The notes under the pieces are model-generated. The model made no database searches and was not told the DNA's origin. It saw nothing but the letters and a program-made list of their open reading frames with translations. DNA of 59,010 bases from an uncultured Mycoplasma sp. GTDB lineage: Bacteria; Bacillota_I; Bacilli_A; RF39; UBA660. The position numbers and the translations under genes are program-made. Below are positions 15,822 through 26,300 of the stretch, one piece after another; position 1 is the stretch's first letter; each line of letters starts with the position of its first letter. The DNA is taken from assembly GCA_964470055.1 (NCBI GenBank), contig CAYXZZ010000002.1, forward strand, positions 1 to 59,010, given 5' to 3'.

Positions 15822-17520
15822 TATAGCAGAGACAATATGGAAACAATATCAAGCAGGACTTAATTATTTTAGTAGAGCCGGCTTAGAAAAAGAGTGGAAG
15901 GATGCAGAAGATTTCTACGAAGGAAGACATTGGCCAGCTGCAACTAAAAAAACAAAAAATTTACCACGACCTGTTATTAATCTGTGTTCAATGATTGCAG
16001 ATAATAAAAAAGCATCTATTTTAAGTGGAAAATTAGGAATAATTTATACTCCTGCAGAAATGTTTGGAGAAAGATTAGAAATGGCTCAAATTGGGGCTAA
16101 TTTATTTACTAAGTTTGCAGCTAATATTTCTAAAGAATTAAAGCAAGATGATTTAGATGAAGAAGCAATGAATTATGGTGTAATTTATGGTACATATATA
16201 TATCACTATTTTTGGGACAAAGAAGTAACAGGAGGAATGGAAACTCCATATGTTGGTGGTGAAAGAGGGGAAATATTAAAACCTCAAAATGTAATAGTTG
16301 CCAATGCAAGAGAAAAAAATGTACAAAAACAAAAATATATTATTATTGCATCAGTAGAATCATTATCAAGTGTTAAAGAATTAGCAGAGAAAAATGGAGT
16401 AAAGAATCTTGATGAAATAGTTGCAGATCATGAAATTGATGATGAAGCGACTAAAGAATTAGAAGTATGTACAGTTCTAACAAAATATTCAAGAAAAAAT
16501 GGAAAGGTTGTTTGGAGTAAGTCAACTAAAAATGTTTTAATTCAAGATACAACATATTGGGAGCCAAATGAAGATAAAGTTGAATTAGATGAAGAAGAAA
16601 TTTCTGATGAGGGAACTGAGATAACAGAACCAGATAAAGTTAAAGAGGAAGAAATTGATTTATTTAAAACACAATTATATCCAATTGTTATTGAATGTCA
16701 TAAAGATAGACAAGACTGCATTTATGGTATAGGAGAAGTAGCTCAAGCAATACCTAATAATAAAGCAGTTAACTTTAATATAGCAATGATGCTTTTATCA
16801 GTTCAACAAACAGCATGGCCTAAAATTATTCAAAAGGTCGGTGCATTAGCAAGACAAAATATTACAAATGCACCAGGAGAAGTATTAACTGATAATACAA
16901 AAGGTTCTGGTTGGGGATTCAAATATATGGAAACATCAGGATTTTCTGCTCAAGCTCTAACATTAACAGATAATCTAGTAAGTTTAACCAGAACAACGAC
17001 AGGTTCGAGTGAAGTCGTAACTGGAGAAGTATTAGGTGCAAATATGGCAGCACAAGCTATTATTGCATTACAGAACCAAGCAAAAAAACCAATAGAAATA
17101 TATCAAAATAAATTTAAACGAGCTCATATTGAAATAGGAAAAATACATGAGCAATTCTTTAAGTATTATTACACAGATGACAGAATGTTTAGTTATGAAG
17201 AAGACAATCAGTTATATGTAAATTCTTTTAATGGTGAAATGTTTAGAAATATAGATTTCTCATTAGCAGTAGAAGTAGGAACTACAGGAATATATAGCGA
17301 AGCTTTATTAATAACTCTACTTGATAATATGAAAACAGCAGGTGACATAACACTTGATGAATATATTGAATTATATCCAGATTCAATAATGGTATTTAAA
17401 GAACGATTAAAAAAGATGCGTCAAAAACGTATGATAGAAGAACAAGAACAGTTAATGCAGAATATGACAAATCCTGCATTACCGCCTATGACTGAAGGAA
17501 CAGTTCCAATACAGTCATAA
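15814..17520 (+). CDS. Portal protein
   Basis: 568 aa, immediately after the terminase; size and acidic/helical composition fit a portal. Confidence 0.75.
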   Translation: MNNIAETIWKQYQAGLNYFSRAGLEKEWKDAEDFYEGRHWPAATKKTKNLPRPVINLCSMIADNKKASILSGKLGIIYTPAEMFGERLEMAQIGANLFTKFAANISKELKQDDLDEEAMNYGVIYGTYIYHYFWDKEVTGGMETPYVGGERGEILKPQNVIVANAREKNVQKQKYIIIASVESLSSVKELAEKNGVKNLDEIVADHEIDDEATKELEVCTVLTKYSRKNGKVVWSKSTKNVLIQDTTYWEPNEDKVELDEEEISDEGTEITEPDKVKEEEIDLFKTQLYPIVIECHKDRQDCIYGIGEVAQAIPNNKAVNFNIAMMLLSVQQTAWPKIIQKVGALARQNITNAPGEVLTDNTKGSGWGFKYMETSGFSAQALTLTDNLVSLTRTTTGSSEVVTGEVLGANMAAQAIIALQNQAKKPIEIYQNKFKRAHIEIGKIHEQFFKYYYTDDRMFSYEEDNQLYVNSFNGEMFRNIDFSLAVEVGTTGIYSEALLITLLDNMKTAGDITLDEYIELYPDSIMVFKERLKKMRQKRMIEEQEQLMQNMTNPALPPMTEGTVPIQS

Positions 17521-17618
17521 TTAATAATGGACCCAATGGTCCTTTTATTTTGGTATAAACTTAAATGTTTATATATAAATTCGCATTGAATAGCGCAAAA
17601 ATCGAAAGGAGAAAACAT

Positions 17619-18413
17619 ATGGAAAATGAAAGCGTAAAAGAGTTGGAAGTCGCTGAAACAACTGAAACAGAGGAAGAATCTGTTAGTAATGAAGTTGATG
17701 AAGAACTTCATGAATCTGATTTTGAAGAAGACGAAAGTGAGAAAGAAGAAGCAGATGATGATTCTGCAGAAGATGAAAAACCTAAGTCTGAATCAAATAA
17801 AGAAAGTCAGTCAAAAGAAGAAAATGCAAAATATGCCGCAGCTCGTAGAAGAGCAGAGAAAGAATTAGAAGCTAAGACCGATGAAGCTTTTAAAAAAGGG
17901 CAATTATCTGCATATAAAGGGAAAATTAACCCCTATACCCAAACTGAAATTAAAGATATGACTGATATCGAAGTATATGAAGATATGTATAAAATCGCTG
18001 AGGCTGGGGGAGACCCACTGAAAGATTATGCATCATATGCTGCAGATAAGAAAAGAGAAGCAGAAAAAGCTGCTAATGAAAAACAAGAAAGAGAGGAAAA
18101 GGCGAGAGCAGAGATCGATGAATTTTCTAAAAAGTATCCAGATGTTAATATTTCTGAATTATTAAAAGATGAAATGTTTATGGATTATGCAGATGGAAAA
18201 TCAAAATCTTTAATCGAAACCTATGAATCTTATAATAAATTTAAAAGACATTTTAGGAATGCTGGAATAAAAACAGCAAAAAAGACTATTGCAAATAATA
18301 ATAGTTCACCAGGTAGTCTAAATAGCGAATCTAGTAAAAATACTGTAGATTACAATAGTATGTCTAGAGAAGAATTCCTAAAAGAAGTCGAAAAAGCAAA
18401 AGAAGGTAAATAA
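17619..18413 (+). CDS. Scaffolding protein
   Basis: ATG 17619 after AAAGGAGAAAA; very acidic N-terminus plus long charged helices; between portal and capsid. Confidence 0.7.
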   Translation: MENESVKELEVAETTETEEESVSNEVDEELHESDFEEDESEKEEADDDSAEDEKPKSESNKESQSKEENAKYAAARRRAEKELEAKTDEAFKKGQLSAYKGKINPYTQTEIKDMTDIEVYEDMYKIAEAGGDPLKDYASYAADKKREAEKAANEKQEREEKARAEIDEFSKKYPDVNISELLKDEMFMDYADGKSKSLIETYESYNKFKRHFRNAGIKTAKKTIANNNSSPGSLNSESSKNTVDYNSMSREEFLKEVEKAKEGK

Positions 18414-18444
18414 AAATCTCTGGTGAACGGAAAGAGGTAAAAAT

Positions 18445-19386
18445 ATGGATCAAAATGTAAATACAATTGAAACATTATCAGTAGAGAATCAAACATTCTA
18501 CGATAGAACACTATTAGAAAGGGAACTTCCAGAATTATTCTTATATGAAGATGCAGATAAGAAAGTAATTCCAAAGGGAAAAGGAACAAGTATTGAATTC
18601 AGAAAATTCAATTCATTAGCAGTTCCAGAATCTCCACTTGAAGAAGGAGTAACACCAAAAGGAAATTCAATCAATGTTACAAGTATCGTAGCAACTTGTC
18701 AACAAGAAGGAGATTATGTAACAGTATCTGATGTTTTAGATATGCAAGGAAAAGATCCTGTTATCACTGAACAATCAGAAGTGTTCGGTGAACAAGCTGC
18801 ATTAACTGTTGATACTAGAATTAGAGATAAAGTAATTTCAGGTACAACAGTACAATATGCAGGAGGAAAAGCAGGAAGAGCTGAAATTACTGTTTCTGAC
18901 GTTTTAACTGGTGACGAAATTCTAAAAGCTCATGCCAGATTAGAACACAATGATATTAAGAAATTCGAAGATGGTACTTATCATGCAATTATTGATGCTT
19001 ACCAAAAATACGATTTCCTTAATGACACTACAAATAAAGGATTTACTGAAGTTAGTAAATATGCAAATGCTAAGAAGTTACTAACAGGTGAATTAGGTGA
19101 ATATTTCGGAACTCGTCTTCGTGTAAGTTCTAATACTGCAACAGAAGAAAATGCATCAGGAGTTAAAGTTCATAAAGCAATTATTTATGGACGTCATGCT
19201 TATGGTGTTCCAGCAATCGACAAAGGAGCAGCAAAAGCTTCAATTATCGTTAAACCTTTAGGTTCTGCTGGTTCAGCAGATCCATTAAATCAACGTTCAA
19301 CAATCGGATGGAAATCTTTCTTTACAGCTGAAAGATTAAATGAACTTGCAATTTGTCGTATAGAAACAGCAGCTACTCTTGACTAA
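18445..19386 (+). CDS. Major capsid protein (N4-gp56-like family)
   Basis: 313 aa; N-terminal pattern ..FYDRTLLERELPELFLYEDADKKVIPKGKGTSIEFRKFNSL matches my memory of that family; strong RBS, codon usage typical of highly expressed genes. Confidence 0.8.
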   Translation: MDQNVNTIETLSVENQTFYDRTLLERELPELFLYEDADKKVIPKGKGTSIEFRKFNSLAVPESPLEEGVTPKGNSINVTSIVATCQQEGDYVTVSDVLDMQGKDPVITEQSEVFGEQAALTVDTRIRDKVISGTTVQYAGGKAGRAEITVSDVLTGDEILKAHARLEHNDIKKFEDGTYHAIIDAYQKYDFLNDTTNKGFTEVSKYANAKKLLTGELGEYFGTRLRVSSNTATEENASGVKVHKAIIYGRHAYGVPAIDKGAAKASIIVKPLGSAGSADPLNQRSTIGWKSFFTAERLNELAICRIETAATLD

Positions 19387-19419
19387 GAGTAGCTCTTTTT
19401 AATTATAAGGAGGAAAAAT

Positions 19420-19890
19420 ATGTCAACAACTAAACCAGAAAAAAAAGACGATGTAAAAATTACTGAAAATCAAACTGAAAATAAAAATGCAGTTTCAACA
19501 CCAGATTTAGATGCTTTTATGAAAGAATTAGAAGCAAAAAATGCTGAGATATTAAATGCTAAATTAGCAGAATTAGAAGCTGCAAAACAAGAATATGCAG
19601 AAAAAGCTGCTTCAATGTCAGTTGAAAAAACAACTGCAAGTCCAGCTGAAAGTTCAACTGCAAGTCCAAGAATTGATAATCAAAAATTAGTTAGTGAAGC
19701 AAAAAAAGTAGGCGAGAAACTAAGTAAGCAAAAGAAAATTGCAATAATGATTCCAAAGGATCTAAGAAATCCAAAAGAGACTCATGTTCCAGTAACAATT
19801 TCAGGTTATACATACCAAATTGCACGTGGAGAATCAGTTGAAGTTCCAGTAGAAGTATTTAATATTTTAAAAGAGGCTAAATATATTTAG
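19420..19890 (+). CDS. Head-associated protein (decoration or unknown)
   Basis: 156 aa after the capsid gene; AAGGAGGAAAA RBS. Confidence 0.45.
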   Translation: MSTTKPEKKDDVKITENQTENKNAVSTPDLDAFMKELEAKNAEILNAKLAELEAAKQEYAEKAASMSVEKTTASPAESSTASPRIDNQKLVSEAKKVGEKLSKQKKIAIMIPKDLRNPKETHVPVTISGYTYQIARGESVEVPVEVFNILKEAKYI

Positions 19891-19964
19891 TTTCTTTTTC
19901 TCAAGTTAAATAGTAATTAAGGGAGTGCAAATCTCTCAAACTTGACCGAAAGTGAGGAAGTAAT

Positions 19965-20570
19965 ATGAATTGGGGAGAAATTCAAATAGAATCTTTAAAG
20001 AAAATGTTTTTAAATAGTGACGATATAACTGCTGATAATTTAGATACGTATAAAAAAGATAAAAAATATAGAACTTATTTATCAGCAATGCCACAGGCAG
20101 CAAATGAAGCTATTAATTATATCTTAGAAAATGGAAAACCACTTGTAAAAAATTATAAGTTAAAATATAAAGACACAAATAATAAATATAATTTAGAAAC
20201 ATTAATACCAAACTTTAAAAGAATATATCAAATTGTATGTGAAGATAACAATGTTGAATATTATGTTGAAGGAAATAATGTATTAGCAATAAATGGTTGG
20301 AGCGAAAATGGAAAAGATATAATAGTTTATTATGAGTCTGCACATGAATTATTAAAAAGTTCAACATCTGCTTCAACACCAATTTCTTTGAGCAAATATT
20401 TAACAAGTTTAATACCACTTTATATTGCTGGAGAATTATATAAAGATGATGATATGCAAATGGCCACAATGTATATGAATGAATTTATGACTAATGTTGC
20501 TAACATCACAGGTAAGGATTTTAATCCTAATCCAAAAGAAATAAGCACAGTCTTCGGAATGGAGTGGTAA
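19965..20570 (+). CDS. Virion structural protein (possible head-tail adaptor)
   Basis: 201 aa; position only. Confidence 0.4.
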   Translation: MNWGEIQIESLKKMFLNSDDITADNLDTYKKDKKYRTYLSAMPQAANEAINYILENGKPLVKNYKLKYKDTNNKYNLETLIPNFKRIYQIVCEDNNVEYYVEGNNVLAINGWSENGKDIIVYYESAHELLKSSTSASTPISLSKYLTSLIPLYIAGELYKDDDMQMATMYMNEFMTNVANITGKDFNPNPKEISTVFGMEW

Positions 20571-20571
20571 A

Positions 20572-22410
20572 ATGTATTCAATCCCAGCTACAAAAGAAAA
20601 AAACTATTTTAATATCGAAAATTTTCTAGGTGTGGATTTTACAACCAGTCCAATTGAGTGCGACAAAAGAAGAAGTCCTTCTTCAAAAAATATCATAAAT
20701 AAAGATGGATATAATGAAACGAGAAATGGATATGAAGTAATAAATACTTTTGATGATAGCATCAATGGAGCATGGAACATTGATATACCAGGAAAAGAAT
20801 TGTTTTTAGTGCATGCAGGTACAAATCTGTATGAATGCTCTACAGATTTTCAAGAAAATCAACTAATTTTAGAAGGATTATCTAATAATAGGTCAGTAGG
20901 CCTTTATATTGGCGATTATTTGACGATTTTCGATGGCTCTAGAGCAATTATATATTACAACACAGAAAGCGGCTATAAAGCCGTTTTTTTAGACGAATCA
21001 GGGTATATTCCAACAACAAGTGTTGCGAGAGATTCTTCAGGTGGAGGTACAGACTATGAAAAAGTTAATTTAATGTCTCCATATAGAATAAATACTTTTT
21101 TAACTGAAGAAATAGAAGAAACTGTTGGAGGAGAGATAGTAAAAAAACAACAAACAGTTTTTAAATTAGATGATATCAATATTGATAGTGTCGAATTAGT
21201 AGAAGTTCTTACAGACGAAGGAATTTGGAAAATTCTAGATCCAAGCGAATATAATGTAGACAAAGTAACTGGTCAAGTAACTTTTTCAACAGCACCAGGA
21301 GAAAGTCCAGTTTTAGGAAGAGATAATGTCTCTATAAAATATAGAAAGTCACTTTCTGAGAATAATTCTAAGATTAATAAGTGTTCAATTGCAACTTTAT
21401 ATGGATACGATGGGAATAATGACAGAATATTCGTAAGTGGTAATCCTGAATATCCTAATTATGATTTTCATTGCGAACCAAATGATCCTACATATTGGCC
21501 AGATGAAAACTTTACAAAAATAGGAACAGAACCAATTATTAGTTATTCAAGACTTACTGATGGAACACTAGGAGTACATAAAAAACAATCAGACACAGAT
21601 TGTACAATTTATTATAGAAGTTCTAATCTATTAGATAACTTAGAAGTATTCCCGTTAAAGGATGGAGTTAAGAATATAGGGTGTATTAGTAAATATGCAA
21701 ATTGCAATTTATTAAATGATCCTTTATTTTTATCAGAGCAAGGAGTTTTTGCTATATTAGGAAATTCTTCAGGAGAAAAATTTGCTCAACAAAGAAGTTA
21801 TTATGTTAATGGTAAATTAACAAAAGAAGAAAACTTAGAAAATGCAGTTGCAATTAGTATGAATGGAAAGTATTATTTAGCAATTAATAATCATGTTTAT
21901 ATAGCTGATAGTAGATATTTAAGTTATCCTAAACATTCTAAAACTGAACAATATCAGTATGAATGGTGGTTTTGGGACAATCTTCCTGTAAGATTGTTTT
22001 TTTCATGGAATAATGAATTATATTTTGGAACCAGTGATGGAAAGATATGCAAATTTAATGATAGTTATTTAGATGATACAACACCAATAGAAAGTTATTG
22101 GGAAACACCTTTTTTAGAATTAAATTCAAGTTTTTTTGCTAAAACTATCAAAATGGTCACTTTAATATTAAATCCTAAAGTTAACAGTGATATTACTTTT
22201 GGTTATGAATTAGATGATGGAACAGTTGAGATTATAACTGCTAATTATTCTGATCTAAAAGATGACTTTCCAAAAACAATTCAGGAAAAAGAAAAAATTC
22301 AAAAATTTATGTTTGTTAAATTTTGGATGAAAAATAATACTGGAAGCAGAATGACGTTTGAAAGATTAATAATAGAATATATTCTTTCAGGTAAATATAG
22401 AGGTAATTAA
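20572..22410 (+). CDS. Large virion structural protein
   Basis: 612 aa, beta-rich composition; position in the structural operon. Confidence 0.45.
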   Translation: MYSIPATKEKNYFNIENFLGVDFTTSPIECDKRRSPSSKNIINKDGYNETRNGYEVINTFDDSINGAWNIDIPGKELFLVHAGTNLYECSTDFQENQLILEGLSNNRSVGLYIGDYLTIFDGSRAIIYYNTESGYKAVFLDESGYIPTTSVARDSSGGGTDYEKVNLMSPYRINTFLTEEIEETVGGEIVKKQQTVFKLDDINIDSVELVEVLTDEGIWKILDPSEYNVDKVTGQVTFSTAPGESPVLGRDNVSIKYRKSLSENNSKINKCSIATLYGYDGNNDRIFVSGNPEYPNYDFHCEPNDPTYWPDENFTKIGTEPIISYSRLTDGTLGVHKKQSDTDCTIYYRSSNLLDNLEVFPLKDGVKNIGCISKYANCNLLNDPLFLSEQGVFAILGNSSGEKFAQQRSYYVNGKLTKEENLENAVAISMNGKYYLAINNHVYIADSRYLSYPKHSKTEQYQYEWWFWDNLPVRLFFSWNNELYFGTSDGKICKFNDSYLDDTTPIESYWETPFLELNSSFFAKTIKMVTLILNPKVNSDITFGYELDDGTVEIITANYSDLKDDFPKTIQEKEKIQKFMFVKFWMKNNTGSRMTFERLIIEYILSGKYRGN

Positions 22411-22424
22411 ATAGGAGGTATATA

Positions 22425-23321
22425 ATGAGTAGTATTAATGATTGGATAGCTGCGGCTACCAAAATAAAAGAACAAACAAAAAATGAATACATTAATTCAA
22501 ATCAAGGCCTAATTGATAGTATAAATCAGCAAAAAGATTCAGCAATACAAGGATTACAAAATGCAAATACACAAGCAATTAATGCATTAAACCAAAATAA
22601 GAATACTGTTAATGAAACAGCATTAGAAAGTGCTAAACAAGCAAATATAAATAGATTGTTAGCATTAAAAGATAATAAAAATGCAATGAATCGTGCAGGA
22701 TTAGGATCTCAAGGAGTAGTAGGATCACAAGTTAACTCAATTAATAATAGTTACGGAAGTAACTTAAATTCAATTCTTAAAGATAAAGCAAGTGGATTAA
22801 GAGATATTGAAAACCAAATTAATAATACAAACTTAGAATATGAAACAAACAAAAGTAATTTAGCTGCACAATATGCTGCAACACTTGCTCAACAACAAGC
22901 TGATATTAATACTACTGCAGAACAATTAGCTCAGTCATATTACAATAATTATATATCTCAACAACAAGCAGCCGCAGAATTTGAATGGCAAAAACAACAA
23001 GCAGAAAAAGAAAATCAATTAGCTTGGGCTAATCTTAATGCTAGTTATAATTTCAATGATAGTGATAATTATGAAGTTAATACCGCATACTATCAAGGAA
23101 GCTTGAATCCAGATGCTTATAATGGAACATTTAAAAATGGATATCAACCAAATAATATTAATGGTAAAAAGTTAACTGATTCAGGAAAAGATATGAAATT
23201 AACAACAACTGATAGATACGGTAATACAAAAACATTAACTCAAACTGTATGGCAAACACCAGATGGTAAAAAATGGTATTGGGACGGAAGATATAATAAA
23301 TATTTTGAATATAAAGGGTGA
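22425..23321 (+). CDS. Q/N-rich virion protein
   Basis: 298 aa, long N/Q-rich helical region. Confidence 0.4.
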   Translation: MSSINDWIAAATKIKEQTKNEYINSNQGLIDSINQQKDSAIQGLQNANTQAINALNQNKNTVNETALESAKQANINRLLALKDNKNAMNRAGLGSQGVVGSQVNSINNSYGSNLNSILKDKASGLRDIENQINNTNLEYETNKSNLAAQYAATLAQQQADINTTAEQLAQSYYNNYISQQQAAAEFEWQKQQAEKENQLAWANLNASYNFNDSDNYEVNTAYYQGSLNPDAYNGTFKNGYQPNNINGKKLTDSGKDMKLTTTDRYGNTKTLTQTVWQTPDGKKWYWDGRYNKYFEYKG

Positions 23322-23326
23322 TTTCA

Positions 23327-26300
23327 ATGAAAAAAAATAAAAGAGAAGTAGAATTTGAAATTGGCCTTGATGGTACAGTTGTTAATAGTAAAAAGAAAAA
23401 TAATAATGTTGAATTTGAAGTTGGCTTAGATGGTACAGTAAGAAAAAATAATCTTAGTTCACAAAAGCAAAAAAAGACTTCATCTAAAAAAGATGAGGCT
23501 TCTGTTTTCAAAAAGATTGGTAAAACAATTATTAATATCCCTACTTTAATGGGTGAGGGTGCAATGAAAACAGTAGAAAATGTTGGAGACTGGGCTAACA
23601 AAGCATCCGAAGTAATAGACAAACCAGTAAAAAAAGCATTATCAAAACTTATCCTAGGTTATACTGATGAAGAAGCAGAAAAATTCATTCAAGAAGAACT
23701 AGAAGCTAATAGAAAATATAGAGAAGAAGATACAACTCAAAATATTTTAGATTATGTAGGATGGGATGATGAATTTAGACAAAAGTATGAAAAGGATTCA
23801 TTTGTTAGAAGTGATAACACTGCAGGGCAAGTTGTTAAAGCTGTTGGTGGAATGGTTCCCCAATTAGTTGTAGGTCAAGCAGCAGGGTCACCGCTTCCAA
23901 CCAAATCAACAGTTGGACTATCTACAGGTAAGAAGATTTTAACAACCGCTGGAAATGTGGGGAAAACAGCTTTGTCGACAGCTCCAAGTAACTTTGTTTT
24001 GGCAACAAGTGCATATGGGGGAGCCTTAGAAGAAGCATATAAAGCAGGAGCCACAGAAGATGAAGCAGAAAAATATGCTTTCTTATCAACAACAACAGAA
24101 TTAGCAACAGAGTGGATAACTGGAGGCATCCCAGGAATAGAAGGAACTGGTATTATCGACAATGGAGTTAAAGGATTAATCGATAAATCAACAGGAAAAC
24201 TAAAAGGGGATGTTTCAAAAGCAATGGCCAAAGCTATATTAAATTTTGGTTATGAGGCAGTTGGAGAAGGTTTAGAAGAAGCAATTTCAGAAATAGTTAG
24301 TCCTATGATAAAAAATGCGACTTATTCTGAAGGTGAAAAAATAGACTGGAATAATGTATTTCAATCTGCGATTATTGGGGCAACTGTAGGTGGATTCCTA
24401 AATGCACCAGGAACTATTTCAGATTATAAAAATAATCTAAATAGTCAAAAAGCAACTTTACCTACAGGAACGGTATCACAACAAGAAACTAACAATACAT
24501 CTATTGAAGGGAATCCTCTTATAAATAATCAAAAAGCAACATTACCAATTGCAAATATGACAGTTAATAATGCTGCTAATACAGAAAATAATAATTCATT
24601 TGAATTTGTACAAAGTGATAATGCAAAGATTAATAATCTAAGAGAAAGTGCTAGTAGATATTTAGATAATAGTGATGCATCTAAATCATTTATTAGTACT
24701 GCAGAAAAATTAGTTAATGATAAAGGATACAATATTGTTTTAGATAATAGTTTAACTTCTCCAACTGGTAATCAAGTAAATGCACAAATAAAAGCATTAG
24801 AAAATGGAGAAGTAGAAATAAGAATTAATCCTAATTCAGAACGAGCTGGTGAATTTTTATTAGTTCATGAGGTGACTCATTCTATTGAAACCAAAGAAAT
24901 GGTTGACTTGGTTATGGATTATGCTTCGAAACATTCAGAATTTAATGATGCTTTAGAAGCATTGAAACAAACTTACGGAACAGACTCTATTACTAGTGAA
25001 GTTTTAGCAGATATTTCTGGTCAATTGTTTGGAAATCAAGAATTTATAAACTCACTGTCATTAAAGAAACCTAATATATTTAAGAGAATATATAATTCTA
25101 TTGTTTCTTTAGCAAACAAGATAACTGGTAATTCTAAAGAATCTTTATTTATTAGCAATTTAAAAAGTAAGTGGGAAAATGCATATAGACAAGCTGATGT
25201 TAATACCACAAAAGAAAATTTAAAGAATGACGAAAAACTTTCATTAAGTAAAAATGCTTTACAAGAAGTTTCTGAAGTTGTTAAACAAACCAGAGAACAA
25301 GCAGAAAAAGATCCAAGGCAATTTGTTAAATTAAAAGATAATACAATTAAGTCATTAGTTGACTATGGTATTAAAGATTTACCTATGTTAGAAAGAAGTG
25401 GACATGTTAGAGAAAATATTCTGACAGAAGCCGAAGCAAAAAAATTAGGATACAGTGTAAAAAATAAACATTATCATGGCCTTGGTGTAAAAAAATACTT
25501 AGAAATTATTAATTCTATGGATAATCCAATAGCAATATATCAATATACTGAAAAAGGAAAATATTCTAATGATAATTTTATTGTTGTTACACCAATTGAA
25601 ATAGAAGGAAAAAGATCCATTGTTCCAGTAGAAATTAATAGTAAAGGACAATATAACCAAGTTGAAATTGATTTTAATAAGATTAAATCTTCTTATTTAG
25701 AAACAAAATCTAATTATTTAGATAATCTATTAAAAGAAGGCAAAATAAAAGAGATATTCACCCAGTCAAGTGCTGAGCAAACATCTCTTAGTACTAATAA
25801 TATACCACAAAACGAAAAAAATGTAAACAAATTTAAAGAAAAAACAACTAAGAACAACAATAATAGTGATATAAAACATTCTGCAGAATCAAATAGTTTG
25901 TGGGACGAATATATAGAGAATAATTATAAATCAACTGGAACAAAAACAGAATTAAATAATATTCGTAAAAAAGATAATGTTTCAACAGAACAAAAACTAC
26001 TTGATAAAAAAACAGATAAAATCACTAAAAAATATGAAAAAGAAAAAGAAAAATCTAAAAAGTATATTACTAAAAATGCTGCTAAGATTTTAGAATTTGA
26101 TAATTACAATCAGAAGAAAGAATTTCAAGAATTAATCACTGACTACTATGGTAATCCCAATTATGAAACCATAAGAAAGGATATTAAGGAAAAATTCAGT
26201 GAAAAAAGAATTGAATATATCAATGATGAATTAAAAGAAATTAAAAGACATATAAGAGGTACAGATTTAAAAGTTGATGATTATGTTAAGAAAAATCTAA

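Noticed and set aside
23158-24231. Minus-strand ORFs 23158-23622, 23875-24231 and 23922-24107, antisense to the structural genes
   Set aside because: No RBS, hydrophobic or low-complexity mirror-frame composition, and fully nested in strongly supported + strand genes.
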